Origin: an uncultured Elusimicrobia bacterium
GTDB taxonomy: Bacteria > Elusimicrobiota > Elusimicrobia > CAZMIB01
Direction of reading: 5' to 3'
Assembly (NCBI GenBank): GCA_964566245.1
Contig: CAZMIB010000002.1
Span: 1 to 55,761 of the forward strand
Length of the DNA: 55,761 nt
Shown: positions 38,141 to 49,255 of the stretch, piece by piece
Numbering within the stretch: position 1 is the first letter of the stretch
How the letters are laid out: every line of letters begins with the position of its first letter
The notes under the pieces: generated by a model
The model's input: only the letters and a program-made list of their open reading frames with translations
Told to the model about the DNA's origin: nothing
The model's database searches: none
Translations under genes and position numbers: made by a program

Positions 38141-38916
38141 GCCGCGTGACTCCGGGACCTCGACGCCATGACGACGGCGACACCGGCCAGGACGGCCAGG
38201 CTCGCCGTCTGGGAAACCGAAAACGGCCCCAGCGGGGCCCCGCGGTCGTCCCCTCGGAACAGCTCGACCACGAACCGCAGCGCCGCGTAGAGAACGAGAT
38301 ACGCCGTGAAGGCGGCGCCCGGCCGCAAGCGGCCCTCGACCCGGCGCGGCAAGATAATGAAATGCAGCAGCGCGAAGATCGCCAGATTCCCCGCCGCCTC
38401 GTAGAGCTGGGCCGGATGCAGCGGCACGCCGAGCAGACCGTCGGGAACCAGGCAATCCGGACGCGTGAAGCGCACGCCGAGGAACGTCCGGGTCGGACTG
38501 CCGTAGCAGCCGCCGGCCGCGAAACAGCCCAGCCGGCCGAAGGCGTGCCGAAGCGGGGTCGCCGGGAACACGAAGTCGGCCTTGGCCAGGTAGTCCCAGC
38601 CGCGCCGGCGCGCGTAGACGGCCGTCGCCGCCAAGGCGGTCAGCAAGCCTCCGAAGAAAATGAAGCCGTAGCGCAGGTTGGCCAAGAACTCGCCGAACGA
38701 GGCGTAGTTGCCTTGCAGCAGCACGTAGGCCAGCTTGCCGCCCAAGAAGCCGCTGCCGAGCACGAGGTAGGCCAGCTTCCAGAAGTCGTCCTCCGAGAGG
38801 CGCATCTCCTTCAGGCGCGCGTGGGCGTACTGCAAGCCCGCCAGGCAGCCGAGAGCGATCAGCACGCCGTAGGTGTGCAGGGAAATCGGACCGACCCTAA
38901 GGAGTATCGGGAACAT
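38137..38916 (-). CDS. lgt: prolipoprotein diacylglyceryl transferase
   Basis: 259 aa. PISLHTYGVLIALG, HAFGRLGCFAAGGCYG (Lgt signature), HPAQLYEA. Confidence 0.93.
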   Translation of the reverse strand: MFPILLRVGPISLHTYGVLIALGCLAGLQYAHARLKEMRLSEDDFWKLAYLVLGSGFLGGKLAYVLLQGNYASFGEFLANLRYGFIFFGGLLTALAATAVYARRRGWDYLAKADFVFPATPLRHAFGRLGCFAAGGCYGSPTRTFLGVRFTRPDCLVPDGLLGVPLHPAQLYEAAGNLAIFALLHFIILPRRVEGRLRPGAAFTAYLVLYAALRFVVELFRGDDRGAPLGPFSVSQTASLAVLAGVAVVMASRSRSHAA

Positions 38917-38945
38917 CTTATCCGGGAGACGGGAGGCGGACCCGA

Positions 38946-39578
38946 CTACAGCCCGACCGCCCTCAGGAACTCCCGCAGGCCCTGCTGGGACAGGGCCAAA
39001 TACGGATTCTCGGTTTTCTCTTCCCGGAGCGGGGCGCAGGGCTTGTCCGCGTAATTGTGACCGGGGAAGACGACCGTCTCGCCGGGCAGCCCGGCGATCT
39101 TCCTAAGGCTATGGTACATTTTTTCGGGGTCCGAATTCGGCAAATCGACGCGTCCGCAGCCCTTGATGAACAGCGTGTCCCCCGAGACCAGGCGATCCTG
39201 GAACAGGAAGCACTGCGAGCCGTGCGTGTGGCCCGGGGTGTGCAGGAACTGCACGTCGATGCCGCCGATCGAGGCGCGGTCGCCCCCCGAGACCTGCCTC
39301 AGGCTGGACTCGACCTCGCCCAGCGCGTAGGCGTCCTCCTTGTTCACGTAGACCGGAACGTCGCGCGCCTTCAGTATCGCCCCGACCCCGTTGATGTGGT
39401 CCGGGTGGTTGTGCGTCACGAGCACCGACGAAAGCTTCAAATCTTCCGCCTCGATGGCCTTCAATATGGCCGGCACGTCCCACGCCGGGTCGACGACCGC
39501 GCATTGACGCGTCGCCGGATCCCCGACGATGTAGACGAAGTTGGCCAGCGGGCCCAACTCGAGCTGCTTGAGTATCAT
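38946..39578 (-). CDS. MBL-fold hydrolase (glyoxalase II / ETHE1-like)
   Basis: 210 aa. THNHPDH, HTPGHTHGS, GDTLF..GCGR, PGHNY. Confidence 0.85.
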   Translation of the reverse strand: MILKQLELGPLANFVYIVGDPATRQCAVVDPAWDVPAILKAIEAEDLKLSSVLVTHNHPDHINGVGAILKARDVPVYVNKEDAYALGEVESSLRQVSGGDRASIGGIDVQFLHTPGHTHGSQCFLFQDRLVSGDTLFIKGCGRVDLPNSDPEKMYHSLRKIAGLPGETVVFPGHNYADKPCAPLREEKTENPYLALSQQGLREFLRAVGL

Positions 39579-39856
39579 CAGCGTGAATCGGACGGGGAAC
39601 GGTACTCGACCTCGCCCGGACGGACCAGCCCCAGCTCGCGGCGCGCGGCGCGCTCCAGCGCGCGGTCGTCGTCCTTCATCGCGCGCAATTCCGTCTGGAG
39701 CGAGGTCTCCTCGTCCTTCATGCGGGCCAGCTCCCGCTCGAGCGCGCGGTGCTCCAGCTTGACCCGAACCCAGGAGCGGAAGCCCTGGTTGGCGACGATC
39801 AAAAGACCGGCGGCCGCGGCCGCTATCCAGCGCCAGCGTCGACGCAGAAAGGCCAT
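39578..39856 (-). CDS. ftsB: septum formation initiator FtsB/DivIC-family protein
   Basis: 92 aa. TM then coiled coil. ARRELGLVRPGEVEY C-terminal motif. Conserved position directly after eno. Confidence 0.75.
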   Translation of the reverse strand: MAFLRRRWRWIAAAAAGLLIVANQGFRSWVRVKLEHRALERELARMKDEETSLQTELRAMKDDDRALERAARRELGLVRPGEVEYRSPSDSR

Positions 39857-39866
39857 CCTTGGGTTT

Positions 39867-41153
39867 CTAGCGCCGGGCTTCCAGCTTGAACGCCCGATCT
39901 CCGGCGTAGACCGGGGACTTCAGCTCCCCCTCGATGCGCAGGAGCTGGTTGTACTTCGCGAGCCGCTCGGAGCGGCAGGGGGCGCCGGTCTTGATCGCGC
40001 CGGCGTTGAGCGCGACCGCGAGATCAGCGATGAACGGATCCTCGGTCTCCCCGGAGCGATGGCTGATCACCGCCGCGTAGCCCTCGGACTGGGCCAGGCG
40101 GACGGCGCTCACGGTCTCCGAGACGGTGCCGATCTGATTGAGCTTGATCAGGATCGCGTTGCCGGCGTTCGAGGCGAAGCCGCGCTTCAAGCGCTCGACG
40201 TTCGTCACGAACAGGTCGTCGCCGATCACGCGCAGCCTGTCGCCGAGCCGCGCGGTCAGCGCGGTCCAGCCCGCCCAGTCGTCCTCGGCGAGCGGGTCCT
40301 CGAGCGAGCGCAGCGGGTAGCGGTCGGCCCAGGCGGCGTAAAGCTCCGCCATCTGCTCGGCCGAGCGCGGCTTGCCCTCGAGGCGGTAAGCGCCGTCCTT
40401 GTAGAACTCGGACGCCGCGGCGTCGAGAGCTAGGAAGCAGGCCTGGGCGTGGCCGGCGCGCTCGACGGCCTCCCATACGAGCTTCAAGGCCTCCTCGTGC
40501 GAGCCGACGCGCGGGGCGAAGCCGCCCTCGTCGCCGATCCCGGTCGAAAGCCCGCGCTCCTTGAGGAGCGCCTTCAGCGACTGGTAGACCTCGGCGCCGA
40601 TCCTGAGGGCCTCGGCGAAGCTGGGGGCCTTGCCGGGCACGACCATGAACTCCTGGATCTCGAGGCCGTTGTCCGCGTGGACCCCGCCGTTCAGGATGTT
40701 CAGCAGCGGCGCCGGAAGCAAGTAGTCCTTGAGATCGAGCTCGTACGCGCGGCGCAGGTGCTCGTAAAGCGGAAGCTTGGCCGAGGCCGCGCCCGCGCGC
40801 GCGACGGCCATCGAGGCACCCAGCAGGGCGTTCGCGCCCAGGCGCGACTTATTCGGCGTTCCGTCCAGCTCGAGGAGCCGCTTGTCGGCCGCGGCGACGT
40901 CCGCCGGCATGCCGGAGAGGGCCTTAGCGATCTCGCCGTCGACGTGGGCGACGGCCTTGAGGACGCCCTTGCCGCCGAAGCGCTTGGGATCCTTGTCGCG
41001 CATCTCCAAGGCCTCATGGGCCCCGGTCGAGGCCCCGCTCGGCACCGCGGCCCGGCCGACGGTCCCGTCGGAAAGAACGACCTCGACCTCGACGGTCGGG
41101 AGGCCGCGCGAGTCCAAAATCTGCCGTCCGGCGACGCGTTTGATCGCGCTCAT
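39867..41153 (-). CDS. eno: enolase
   Basis: ATG 41153 within run-through ORF 39867..41786. [49 protein letters not shown]. Confidence 0.97.
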   Translation of the reverse strand: MSAIKRVAGRQILDSRGLPTVEVEVVLSDGTVGRAAVPSGASTGAHEALEMRDKDPKRFGGKGVLKAVAHVDGEIAKALSGMPADVAAADKRLLELDGTPNKSRLGANALLGASMAVARAGAASAKLPLYEHLRRAYELDLKDYLLPAPLLNILNGGVHADNGLEIQEFMVVPGKAPSFAEALRIGAEVYQSLKALLKERGLSTGIGDEGGFAPRVGSHEEALKLVWEAVERAGHAQACFLALDAAASEFYKDGAYRLEGKPRSAEQMAELYAAWADRYPLRSLEDPLAEDDWAGWTALTARLGDRLRVIGDDLFVTNVERLKRGFASNAGNAILIKLNQIGTVSETVSAVRLAQSEGYAAVISHRSGETEDPFIADLAVALNAGAIKTGAPCRSERLAKYNQLLRIEGELKSPVYAGDRAFKLEARR

Positions 41154-41155
41154 GC

Positions 41156-42625
41156 TCAGGCGCCCTTGACGAGGCCCTTGCCGGCCTCGATCAGCTTCTC
41201 GACGCGCTTCTCGTCCGCGGCCTCGACGTAGACGCGGACCACCGGCTCGGTCCCGGACACGCGGAACCCGACCCACGAGCCGTCGCGCAGGATGAACTTG
41301 AAGCCGTCGGTCTGATCGATGCGCCGCACCGAACCGCCCGCCAGCTCCAGCGGCGGCCGCAGCAAAAGCTGCTCCTGCACGCGCCGCACCTGGTCCAAGC
41401 CGTCGAGTTTCAGGTTCAGGCGGACGTTCAAGAAGTTGCCGACGCGCTTCTTCAAATCCTCGCGAATCTTGCGCAGCGGCTTGCCCTCGGCCGCGACCAG
41501 CTCGGCCAGAAGCAGGCAGGCCAGGATGCCGTCCTTCTCGGGGACGTGGCCCATCATCGAGAGGCCGCCGGACTCCTCGCCGCCGAGCAGGTATTGCCCG
41601 GTCCGCAGCAGGTTGCCGATGTACTTGAAGCCGACCGGCGTCTCGCGTATCTCGAGCCCGTGCGACTTGGCGACGGCGTCGACGAAATGGGAGGTCATCA
41701 CGCTGCGCGCGACCTTGCCGCGGAAGCCGCGGTTGCGCACCAGGTGGTCCAGCACCAGCCCGAGCACCTCGTTCGGCGCGATCCATTCGCCGCCGTTGTC
41801 GATCACCCCGAAGCGGTCCGCGTCCCCGTCGCAGGCCAGGCCGAGGTCGAGCTTCTTCTTGAGGACCAGCTCCCTCAGCTCCGCGAGGTTCTCATCGGAG
41901 GGGTCGGGGGCCCGGCCGCCGAACAGCACGTCGCGCTCCTCGTGGATCGCGACCGGCGACATGCCCATCGACTCCAGGTACGGGCGCAGGTACAGGCGCG
42001 CCGCCCCGTAAAGCAGGTCCAGCCCGAGCTTCAGCTTCGCCTTGCGCAGCAGCTTGACGTCGAGCAGCGAGGACAGGGCCTTGAGGTACTCGGCCCGGAA
42101 CTCGACATGCTCGACCGAGCCCTCGCGCAGGGCCTTCTCGAGCGGCACCGACTTCACCGAGTGCTCGAACGAGGAACGGCGCTCGATGTCGGTCGTGATC
42201 GCGGGCAACGCCGGCCCGCCCCAGAACGGCGACCACTTGAAGCCGTTGTACTGCGGCGGGTTATGGCTGGCCGTGATCGTGACGCCGCCGACGGCCCGCC
42301 GGTCGCGGATGGCCCAGGCGACGACCGGGGTCGGGACCTCTTCCTTCGAAAGGAGGGCTTTCACGCCGTTCGCGGCGAAAACCTCGGCCACCTCGCGCGC
42401 GCAGTCCTCGGAGAGGAAGCGCGTGTCGTAGCCGATGACGACGACCGGCATCGGGGGCGGGGCCTCGCCGGCGAACTGCTCCAGATACTCGGGGGAGCGG
42501 ACGCTGAAATCGGGGCTTTCGCGCACGTGCGCGGCGACCGCGTAGGCCACCTTGCGCAGGTTCGGAAAGGTGAACTGCTCTGAAACGACCGCACGCCAAC
42601 CGGAGGTGCCGAACTTGATTCCCAT
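41156..42625 (-). CDS. alpha-D-phosphohexomutase (phosphoglucomutase/phosphomannomutase family)
   Basis: 489 aa. FGTSGWR, active-site TASHNP, metal loop DGDADR, GEESGG. Confidence 0.9.
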   Translation of the reverse strand: MGIKFGTSGWRAVVSEQFTFPNLRKVAYAVAAHVRESPDFSVRSPEYLEQFAGEAPPPMPVVVIGYDTRFLSEDCAREVAEVFAANGVKALLSKEEVPTPVVAWAIRDRRAVGGVTITASHNPPQYNGFKWSPFWGGPALPAITTDIERRSSFEHSVKSVPLEKALREGSVEHVEFRAEYLKALSSLLDVKLLRKAKLKLGLDLLYGAARLYLRPYLESMGMSPVAIHEERDVLFGGRAPDPSDENLAELRELVLKKKLDLGLACDGDADRFGVIDNGGEWIAPNEVLGLVLDHLVRNRGFRGKVARSVMTSHFVDAVAKSHGLEIRETPVGFKYIGNLLRTGQYLLGGEESGGLSMMGHVPEKDGILACLLLAELVAAEGKPLRKIREDLKKRVGNFLNVRLNLKLDGLDQVRRVQEQLLLRPPLELAGGSVRRIDQTDGFKFILRDGSWVGFRVSGTEPVVRVYVEAADEKRVEKLIEAGKGLVKGA

Positions 42626-42670
42626 GGGGAGAAACGGAATATTATGAAAAACCGAGGCTACAGCGCAAAT

Positions 42671-42683
42671 ATATTGCTACAAT
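42671..42683 (+). promoter_or_regulatory. extended -10 like box ATATTGCTACAAT
   Basis: TGcTACAAT ends 9 nt before ATG 42693, which would give a near-leaderless transcript. One mismatch relative to 23738..23750. Confidence 0.3.
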
Positions 42684-42692
42684 CGCGCCCCG

Positions 42693-43394
42693 ATGATCGA
42701 TACATGGGCCGTCCACGGCAAGGACTTTCTCGACCTCATTCTGGGCCCCTTGGAGGCGATGGCCGTACGCCTCGGGAACTTCGCCCCCCGCGCGATCGCG
42801 GCCTTGCTGCTGATCGTCATCGGCCTCGTGCTGGCCCGCGGGATACGAACTTTGCTGGAGCACCTGGGCTCGATCCTCAAGCTCGATGAGCGGCTGGGCC
42901 TGATCGGCCTCAACGAGGTCCTTTCACGGCTCGGCATGGGCAAGTCGCCCTGCCTCGTCGTCGCCGCGGCGGCCTACTGGGCGATCTTGATCTCCTTCCT
43001 GATCGCCGCGGCCAACGCGGTCGAGCTGACCGTACTGACCGAGCTGGCCGACCGCCTCCTTAAGTTCCTGCCCTCGCTAGCCGTCGCGATCGTCACCGGC
43101 TTCGCCGGGCTGGCCGTCGCCCAGTTCCTATCCTCGGTGGTCGAGGATTCCGCCCGGGCCAACAACCTGCGCGGCGGAGACGCCCTCGCCCGCGCGACGC
43201 GCGTCGCCGTCTGGGTGTTCACCGGCCTGATGGCCCTGGAGCAGCTCGGACTTCAAACGACCGCGGTGCTCTCGGCCCTCCAGATCATCCTGGCCTCCGT
43301 GGGCCTGGGACTCGCCTTGGCCTTCGGGCTCGGCGGCAAGGATATCGCGGCGGAAAAGCTGCGCGAGTTCCTGGGCTCGGGCTCTTCTAAATAA
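42693..43394 (+). CDS. conserved-TM-helix-repeat membrane protein (MscS-N-terminal-like repeats)
   Basis: 233 aa. Repeated units of one TM plus amphipathic segment (IAALLLIVIGLVLARGIRTLLEHL / AVAIVTGFAGLAVAQFLSSVVE / ...). Confidence 0.7.
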   Translation: MIDTWAVHGKDFLDLILGPLEAMAVRLGNFAPRAIAALLLIVIGLVLARGIRTLLEHLGSILKLDERLGLIGLNEVLSRLGMGKSPCLVVAAAAYWAILISFLIAAANAVELTVLTELADRLLKFLPSLAVAIVTGFAGLAVAQFLSSVVEDSARANNLRGGDALARATRVAVWVFTGLMALEQLGLQTTAVLSALQIILASVGLGLALAFGLGGKDIAAEKLREFLGSGSSK

Positions 43395-43401
43395 TCTCCC
43401 C

Positions 43402-43674
43402 TCAACGCCGGGCCGGCGGGGGGACGACGATCTTCTTGTGATTCCTGGCGGTTTGGTCGGGGACGGAGTCCACGACCAAGGCGTCCGTCCTTGAGGCGCC
43501 CCGCGTCTGGGCGCTCGCGGGGGCTTCCTTGCCGGGTCCCTCCGGCTCCGCGGCATCGAAGGCCGGGCCGGCCGGGACCGCGCGCGGATAGCGCGGCCCC
43601 GGCCGAGGCCTGAAGAAGGCGACCGCGAAAGCCGCGATCACCGCGACGACCAGGAACCAACGGGAGCGGCTCAC
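43402..43674 (-). CDS. small membrane-anchored Pro-rich protein
   Basis: GTG 43674 overlapping the rpoD stop (GTGA). [18 protein letters not shown]. High GC3. 90 aa. Confidence 0.5.
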   Translation of the reverse strand: MSRSRWFLVVAVIAAFAVAFFRPRPGPRYPRAVPAGPAFDAAEPEGPGKEAPASAQTRGASRTDALVVDSVPDQTARNHKKIVVPPPARR

Positions 43675-45404
43675 CCTACCGCGGCCCCGCTCTCGATGTA
43701 GTCGCGCAAGGTCTTCGAGCGCGACGGATGGCGCAACTTGCGGATCGCCTTGGCCTCGATCTGGCGCACGCGCTCGCGGGTGACCTTGAACATCCGGCCG
43801 ACCTCCTCGAGCGTGCGCGGGTAGCCGGAGTCGATGCCGAAGCGCAGCTTGATGATCTTCGCTTCCCTGTCGGTCAAGGTCGACAGCATCTTGTCGACCT
43901 CCTTGCGCCGCAGGAAGTTGATCGCGGAGTGCGACGGGGCGACCCCGGCCTTGTCCTCGATGAAGTCCTCGAGGTAGCTGTCCTCGTCCTCGCCGATCGG
44001 CGTCGCGAGGGAGATCGGCTCCTGCATGATCTTCAGGACGTTCTTCACCTTCTCCATCGAGATGTGAAGGTGCCGCGCGTAGTCCTCGAGCTGCGGGTCC
44101 CGCCCGAACTCCTGGCGGTAGCGCCGCGTGACCTTCATCAGCTTGGAGATCAGCTCCTTCATGTGGACAGGGATGCGGATCGTCCGGGCCTGGTCCGCGA
44201 TCGCGCGGTTGATCGACTGGCGGATCCACCACGTCGCGTAGGTCGAGAACTTGAAGCCGCGCTTGTACTCGAACTTCTCGACGGCCTTCATCAGCCCGAG
44301 GCCGCCCTCCTGGATCAGGTCGGAGAGCTCGAGGTTGCTGTTCACGTGCTTCTTCGCGATCGAGACGACGAGGCGCAGGTTCGCCTTGATCAGCTTCAGC
44401 TTGTCGTGCAGGATCGTGTTCTCGAGGTGGACGATCTTCTCATCGAGCTCGAGGAAGCGCGCGACCGGGATCGGGATCGAGTGCCCGAGCCTCTCGAGGC
44501 GCTCCGAGACGTTGTTCATGTTCTCGAGCGCGGCCTCGATGGCGGTCGGCGTGAAGCCGGACTTCGCGCGGAACGCCTGCGCGGTGATCTTGCCCTTCTT
44601 GAACAAGGCGTAATGGTGGCGCAGCTCCTCGTGCTTCGCGCCGAAGCGCCTCTGGTAGCGATCGAGCTCGTCGTGGCACTCGCGGATCTTCTGCGCGAGG
44701 TTCTTGATCTTGTTCGTGAGGCGCTTGATCTTGTCCTGGTTCAGGTTCAGGCCGACGATCCGGCGAACGACCTCGCGCTGCCGCTCGTCGATCGCCTCCT
44801 GGATGCGCTTGCGCGCCCCGGCTGCCAGGCCCTTCGCGCGCAGCTTCGCGCGCATCCCGTCCATGGCCTTCTCGGACTTAGCGATGTACTGCGCGACGAG
44901 CTTCATCTTGCGGCGCATCGCCGACAGCTCCTGCGTCGACTTGCGGCCGCGGGGCATGAGCTCCTTCGGCGTCATCTCCTGGGCCTCGATCAGAGTCTCC
45001 CAGTTGCGGATCTCGCGCATCGTGATCGGGGACTCGAGGACCAGCAGTCGCAGCTCCTTCTCGCGCTCGCGCACGTTGCGCGCGAGGGTGACCTCCTCCT
45101 CGCGCGAGAGCAGCGGCACCTTGCCCATCTCGGAGAGGTACATCCGGATGGAGTTCGAGACGTCGGGGGTCGACTCCCATTCCTCGGTGTAGGCTTCCTT
45201 CTCGGCCGGCGATACGGACTTGAACTTGCGCCGGTCGCGGACCTCGATGCCGAGGTCCTCCAAAGTCATCATCAGCGAGTCGATCTCGTCCGAGCTCATC
45301 GACGCCGACGTGAGCGAGCGGTTGATCTCCTCCAGCGTGAGATAACCGTGCTCCTTGCCCAGCTCGATGAGGTCCTTCAGCGCCTGCCTGACGGGTATGG
45401 CCAT
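43671..45404 (-). CDS. rpoD: primary RNA polymerase sigma factor
   Basis: 577 aa. Regions 1.1-4.2 recognisable ([42 protein letters not shown]). Confidence 0.97.
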   Translation of the reverse strand: MAIPVRQALKDLIELGKEHGYLTLEEINRSLTSASMSSDEIDSLMMTLEDLGIEVRDRRKFKSVSPAEKEAYTEEWESTPDVSNSIRMYLSEMGKVPLLSREEEVTLARNVREREKELRLLVLESPITMREIRNWETLIEAQEMTPKELMPRGRKSTQELSAMRRKMKLVAQYIAKSEKAMDGMRAKLRAKGLAAGARKRIQEAIDERQREVVRRIVGLNLNQDKIKRLTNKIKNLAQKIRECHDELDRYQRRFGAKHEELRHHYALFKKGKITAQAFRAKSGFTPTAIEAALENMNNVSERLERLGHSIPIPVARFLELDEKIVHLENTILHDKLKLIKANLRLVVSIAKKHVNSNLELSDLIQEGGLGLMKAVEKFEYKRGFKFSTYATWWIRQSINRAIADQARTIRIPVHMKELISKLMKVTRRYRQEFGRDPQLEDYARHLHISMEKVKNVLKIMQEPISLATPIGEDEDSYLEDFIEDKAGVAPSHSAINFLRRKEVDKMLSTLTDREAKIIKLRFGIDSGYPRTLEEVGRMFKVTRERVRQIEAKAIRKLRHPSRSKTLRDYIESGAAVG

Positions 45405-45426
45405 GCTCTCTCCTGAGTTATACGCT

Positions 45427-47259
45427 CTATTCGGTCAAAGGCGGCAAAATCTTGCGGCTGCCGCGGCTTTTCGCGGCCAAAGTCACGTACTCCCGGGTCT
45501 CCTCGTCGGTCGCGGCGCCGGCCTTGATCTTGGCGTCCAGCGCCATGCGCCGCGCCTCGTCCTTATGCCCGTTCCATCGGCGCGCCAAATCCGCGAGCGC
45601 GCGCTCGGCGCCCTGCTTCGCCCCGTCGCCTTCCTCGGAGACCAGATCCTTCTCATCCACGAGCAGCCGGCTCACCCATGGGGCGTCCTCCTGCGGGAGC
45701 TTCTCCCACAGGCGCTTGGTCCAGGCCGGCGACTCCCATGAAACCTCGCCGACCAGCTCCGCGAGCGACGAGGCGACGCGGCGGCAGCGAGCGTCGCTCA
45801 GTTGATCCAGGGCGACCGGCAGCGGCTTGGCGAGCAGGAACGGATGGCGGAGGAGGAGATGGACGATCTCCTCCTCGACGCCTGTCCGACCGCCGGCCGC
45901 TGCGGGAGCGGGGGCCGGGCTCCCCTGCTCCCGCCTATTAGACGCTCGAGGGGCCGATAAAGTTCCGGCCTTCGCCCGCTCCAGCTCCAAATTCAGCGCT
46001 CCCTCGTCCAGCTTCAACGTCTGGGCCAAACGCTTGACCCTTTCCTGCCTCAAAATCGGGTTCGACTCCTTCGCGACGACGCGCAGCACCTCGCTAGCCA
46101 GACGCGCCCTGTCCTCGACCGTATTATGCGGCCGGCGCCTCAAGGCCAGTTCGGTCTGGAACTGCGCCAGATCCACCGCGCCGTCCAGCACCTGCTGAAA
46201 CGCCTCCTTCCCGCGCCCGTGCAGCAGTTCGTCCGGGTCGAGGCCGTCCGGGACGGTCGCGATGCGCGTGACCATGCCGCTTTCAAGCAACAGCTCGGCC
46301 GAGCGCAGCGAGGCCGAGGACCCCGCGTTGTCCGGGTCGAAAACGATCACCGCGTCCTCGACGTAGCGCTTGAGGCTTCCGACCTGCTCCGGCGTCAACG
46401 CGGTGCCGAGCGGGGCGACCGCGTTCTCGAAGCCGAACTGGTGCGCCGCCATCACGTCCACGTAGCCCTCGCAAATCAAAACCTTCTTCTCGCGCCGAAG
46501 GACCGGCCCGCCGTGAAAAAGCCCGTACAGCATCTTTCCCTTCGAGAACAGCGGCGTCTCGGGGCTGTTCAGGTACTTCGGCTCCTGGTCGCCCAGCACG
46601 CGCCCACCGAAGCCCGCGACCTCGCCGCGCGCGTTGCGTATCGGGAAAAGCAGCCGCGCCCAAAAATAGTCGCGGTAGCGGCCCGCGCCCTCGCGGAGGG
46701 CGGCCAAGCCGGCCGTCTTCAAAATCTCGGGACCGAAGCCTTTCTTCGCCGCCGCCTCGAGGAACGTCGAGCCACCCGAGAGCGCGAACCCCAGCTCGAA
46801 ACGCTCCTCGATCTCGGGGCTGATCTTCCGGCGCCGCAGGTATTTCCTCGCCGGCTCGGCCTCCGGCGCCGTCTTAAGAACCCGCCGATAAAAGCCGACC
46901 GCGAAGTCGAGCGCCGCCTTGACCTGCTCGCGCTCCTTCTCGCGCGGGCCGAGCGTCTCGACCCGCTTCCAGGCCACGCCCGCGCGCTCCGCGAGGCGCT
47001 CCGCGGCCTCGGGGAAGCTCAGGTTCTCGATCTTCATCACGAACCCGAACACGTCCCCGCCCGACTGACAGCCAAAGCAGTACCAGGCCTGCTTCTCCGG
47101 GCTGACCGTGAACGACGGCGTCTTTTCCTGGTGGAACGGGCAGCAGGCCTTGAAGTGCCGGCCCGCCTGCTTCAAGCCGGGAACATATTCGCGGACGAGG
47201 TCGACCACGTCGAGCTTGTCCCGGACGGACTCCACCACCTCGGGCGGAATCATCGGCAA
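45427..47259 (-). CDS. dnaG: DNA primase
   Basis: 610 aa. Zn-ribbon [13 protein letters not shown]....Q.W.CFGC. TOPRIM EGY.DV. Positioned between rpsU and rpoD. Confidence 0.95.
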   Translation of the reverse strand: MPMIPPEVVESVRDKLDVVDLVREYVPGLKQAGRHFKACCPFHQEKTPSFTVSPEKQAWYCFGCQSGGDVFGFVMKIENLSFPEAAERLAERAGVAWKRVETLGPREKEREQVKAALDFAVGFYRRVLKTAPEAEPARKYLRRRKISPEIEERFELGFALSGGSTFLEAAAKKGFGPEILKTAGLAALREGAGRYRDYFWARLLFPIRNARGEVAGFGGRVLGDQEPKYLNSPETPLFSKGKMLYGLFHGGPVLRREKKVLICEGYVDVMAAHQFGFENAVAPLGTALTPEQVGSLKRYVEDAVIVFDPDNAGSSASLRSAELLLESGMVTRIATVPDGLDPDELLHGRGKEAFQQVLDGAVDLAQFQTELALRRRPHNTVEDRARLASEVLRVVAKESNPILRQERVKRLAQTLKLDEGALNLELERAKAGTLSAPRASNRREQGSPAPAPAAAGGRTGVEEEIVHLLLRHPFLLAKPLPVALDQLSDARCRRVASSLAELVGEVSWESPAWTKRLWEKLPQEDAPWVSRLLVDEKDLVSEEGDGAKQGAERALADLARRWNGHKDEARRMALDAKIKAGAATDEETREYVTLAAKSRGSRKILPPLTE

Positions 47260-47267
47260 ACCTCGCC

Positions 47268-47300
47268 CTTCCCTCTCCCCCCGAGGGGGGAGAGGGGAAG
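47268..47300. repeat. REP-like element forming a long GC hairpin between rpsU and dnaG
   Basis: CTTCCCTCTCCCCCC-GA-GGGGGGAGAGGGGAAG, with flanks GCCCTT/AAGGGC extending the stem. Lies in the 91-nt rpsU-dnaG spacer. Confidence 0.65.
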
Positions 47301-47350
47301 GGCAAGTTCCATCGAGTCGGTTATGATCAACTTAACCTGGACGTCGGACC

Positions 47351-47545
47351 TCAGACGCGCTTCCGGCGCTGACGACGCGCCTTTCTGCGAGCCTCTTGTT
47401 GCTTCAGTTTGCGCCTCAAGCTGGGCGCGAGGTAGTACTCCCGACGCTTGATCTCCTTGAGGATGCCGTTCCGCTCGCACTCCCGCTTAAAGCGGCGCAG
47501 CGCCTCCTCGATGGACTCTCCGTCGCGAATCTTGACGAAAACCAT
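47351..47545 (-). CDS. rpsU: 30S ribosomal protein S21
   Basis: 64 aa. ESIEEALRRFKRECERNGILKEIKRREYY..PS. Confidence 0.95.
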   Translation of the reverse strand: MVFVKIRDGESIEEALRRFKRECERNGILKEIKRREYYLAPSLRRKLKQQEARRKARRQRRKRV

Positions 47546-47579
47546 TCAGCCGTTCACCCGCCTCTTTGTCCGGAGTGGC

Positions 47580-47921
47580 CTATCCCGGCGGCCAGTTCAT
47601 CGAGCGCCCGCCGAGCACGTGGAAATGGACGTGGTCGACGCTCTGCCCGGCCTGGCGGCCGTTGTTCATCACGACGCGAAAGCCTTTATCCAGCTTGTAC
47701 TTTTTCGCCAGATCCCGCGCGACGAGCAACAGCTTGCCCAGCAATCCGGCCTGGGCCGGCTCGGCCTCGCTCAAGGCCGGGATGTGCGCGCGCGGAACGA
47801 TCAGCAAATGCACCGGCGCCTGCGGATTGATGTCCGAGATCGCGAAGACCTCGGGCTCGTCGTGGACGATCTTGGCCGGCAACTCGCCCGCCGCGATCCG
47901 GCAGAAAACGCACGTGCTCAT
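47580..47921 (-). CDS. HIT-family (HinT-like) nucleotide hydrolase
   Basis: 113 aa. CVFCRI; histidine triad HVHFHVLGG. Confidence 0.92.
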   Translation of the reverse strand: MSTCVFCRIAAGELPAKIVHDEPEVFAISDINPQAPVHLLIVPRAHIPALSEAEPAQAGLLGKLLLVARDLAKKYKLDKGFRVVMNNGRQAGQSVDHVHFHVLGGRSMNWPPG

Positions 47922-48007
47922 TCAGCGTTAAAAATTAGTGTAGAAAATAGCGCGCCCACGGCCAGCGCGCCCTGGGCTCGTGAGGAAATCCAACCGGGAC
48001 CTAGCTA

Positions 48008-49255
48008 TTATAACCCAACACCCCGCGTCGACGCAAGCGGCGTCGCGCCCCCCTCCCCGACCTTGGCCCAGACCATGGATCCGGGGGGCGGACGGTCCCC
48101 CTCCAGGCGGACCCGCAGGAAGTTGTCGGCGACGGCCTCCCCCATATCCTCGACCACGACGCGGCGCGTCGCGCCGGCCGAGCGCCGCGCGAAGGCCAGG
48201 CGCAGCGAACGATCCAGCTCGTGCATCCGGCGGGAGCGCTCGATCAAAACCTCGTCGGGCAAGGGCGTCAGCTCGGCGGCGGGGGTGCCGGGCCGTGACG
48301 AGAAACGGAACACGTGCAGCCCGGAGAAACGGTTCCGCTCCAAAAAGCTCATCGAGGCCTCGAAGTCCGCCTCGGTCTCGTTCGGGAAGCCGACCATGAT
48401 ATCGGTGAACAGACCGGCCTCGGGTGAGGCCTTCCAAAGCGCCTCGACGCGCCGCGCGTAGAAGCCGGAGCTGTACCAGCGCTCCATCCCCTTGAGCACG
48501 GTATCGGAGGCCGACTGCAGCGGCAAGTGGAACGACGGGCAAAGCCGGCCCTCCGAGGCGACGAGGATCGCGAGCAGCCTGTCGGTGAGGTCGGTGATCT
48601 CGAGAGAGGAGAGGCGGATCCTGAAATCGCCCGGCAGCGCGCACAGCCGCCGCACGGCCTCCGCGAAGTCGACGCGCCGCCCGTCCTCGTCGACCGAAAG
48701 GTAACGCCCCAGGCGGATGCCGCACAGCACGACCTCGCGATAGCCCGACGCCGCCAGGCCGAGGATTTCCTGACGAAGCTCGGGAAACGGCTTCGACGAC
48801 AACGTCGGGCGTATCGCCGGTATGATGCAGTAGGTGCAGTGCATGTTGCACCCGTCCTGTATCTTCACGAACGCCCGCGCGCGCCCGTTGAAATCCGCGA
48901 CCTTGAACTCGCCCGAGACCGGAGGGCAGCCGAGCAAGGTCGGCAGGTCCGTCTTGTCCGCGTTGCCGACGATGCGCGCGTCGGGAAACTCGCGCCGGAG
49001 CTCCTCGGGAGCCCGCGTCGCGTAGCAGCCCGTCACGACGAGCTGGGCGAGCGGGTTCTCGCGCCGCACGCGCCGCAACAGCTTGAGCGCGTCCCGGTCC
49101 GCCATACGCGTGACCGTGCAGGTGTTGACCAGGCACAGGTCCGCCGAGGCGATCTCCTCGACCGCCTCATGCCCCCCCGCGATCAACTGCTCGCGCAGGG
49201 ACTCGGTCTCGCTCTGGTTGACCCGGCAGCCGAAGGTGAACGTGAAAATCTTCAC
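48008..49255 (-). CDS. mtaB: tRNA t6A37 methylthiotransferase MtaB
   Basis: 415 aa, GTG start. UPF0004 N-domain (FGCRVNQSE, NTCTVT). Radical SAM CNMHCTYCIIP. TRAM-like C-terminus. Confidence 0.9.
   Translation of the reverse strand: MKIFTFTFGCRVNQSETESLREQLIAGGHEAVEEIASADLCLVNTCTVTRMADRDALKLLRRVRRENPLAQLVVTGCYATRAPEELRREFPDARIVGNADKTDLPTLLGCPPVSGEFKVADFNGRARAFVKIQDGCNMHCTYCIIPAIRPTLSSKPFPELRQEILGLAASGYREVVLCGIRLGRYLSVDEDGRRVDFAEAVRRLCALPGDFRIRLSSLEITDLTDRLLAILVASEGRLCPSFHLPLQSASDTVLKGMERWYSSGFYARRVEALWKASPEAGLFTDIMVGFPNETEADFEASMSFLERNRFSGLHVFRFSSRPGTPAAELTPLPDEVLIERSRRMHELDRSLRLAFARRSAGATRRVVVEDMGEAVADNFLRVRLEGDRPPPGSMVWAKVGEGGATPLASTRGVGL

Noticed and set aside
47950-47970. Hairpin GCGCGC-9 nt-GCGCGC between mtaB and the HIT gene as an intrinsic terminator
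   Set aside because: The stem is only 6 bp. The genes are probably co-transcribed, and the evidence is too weak to list as a feature.
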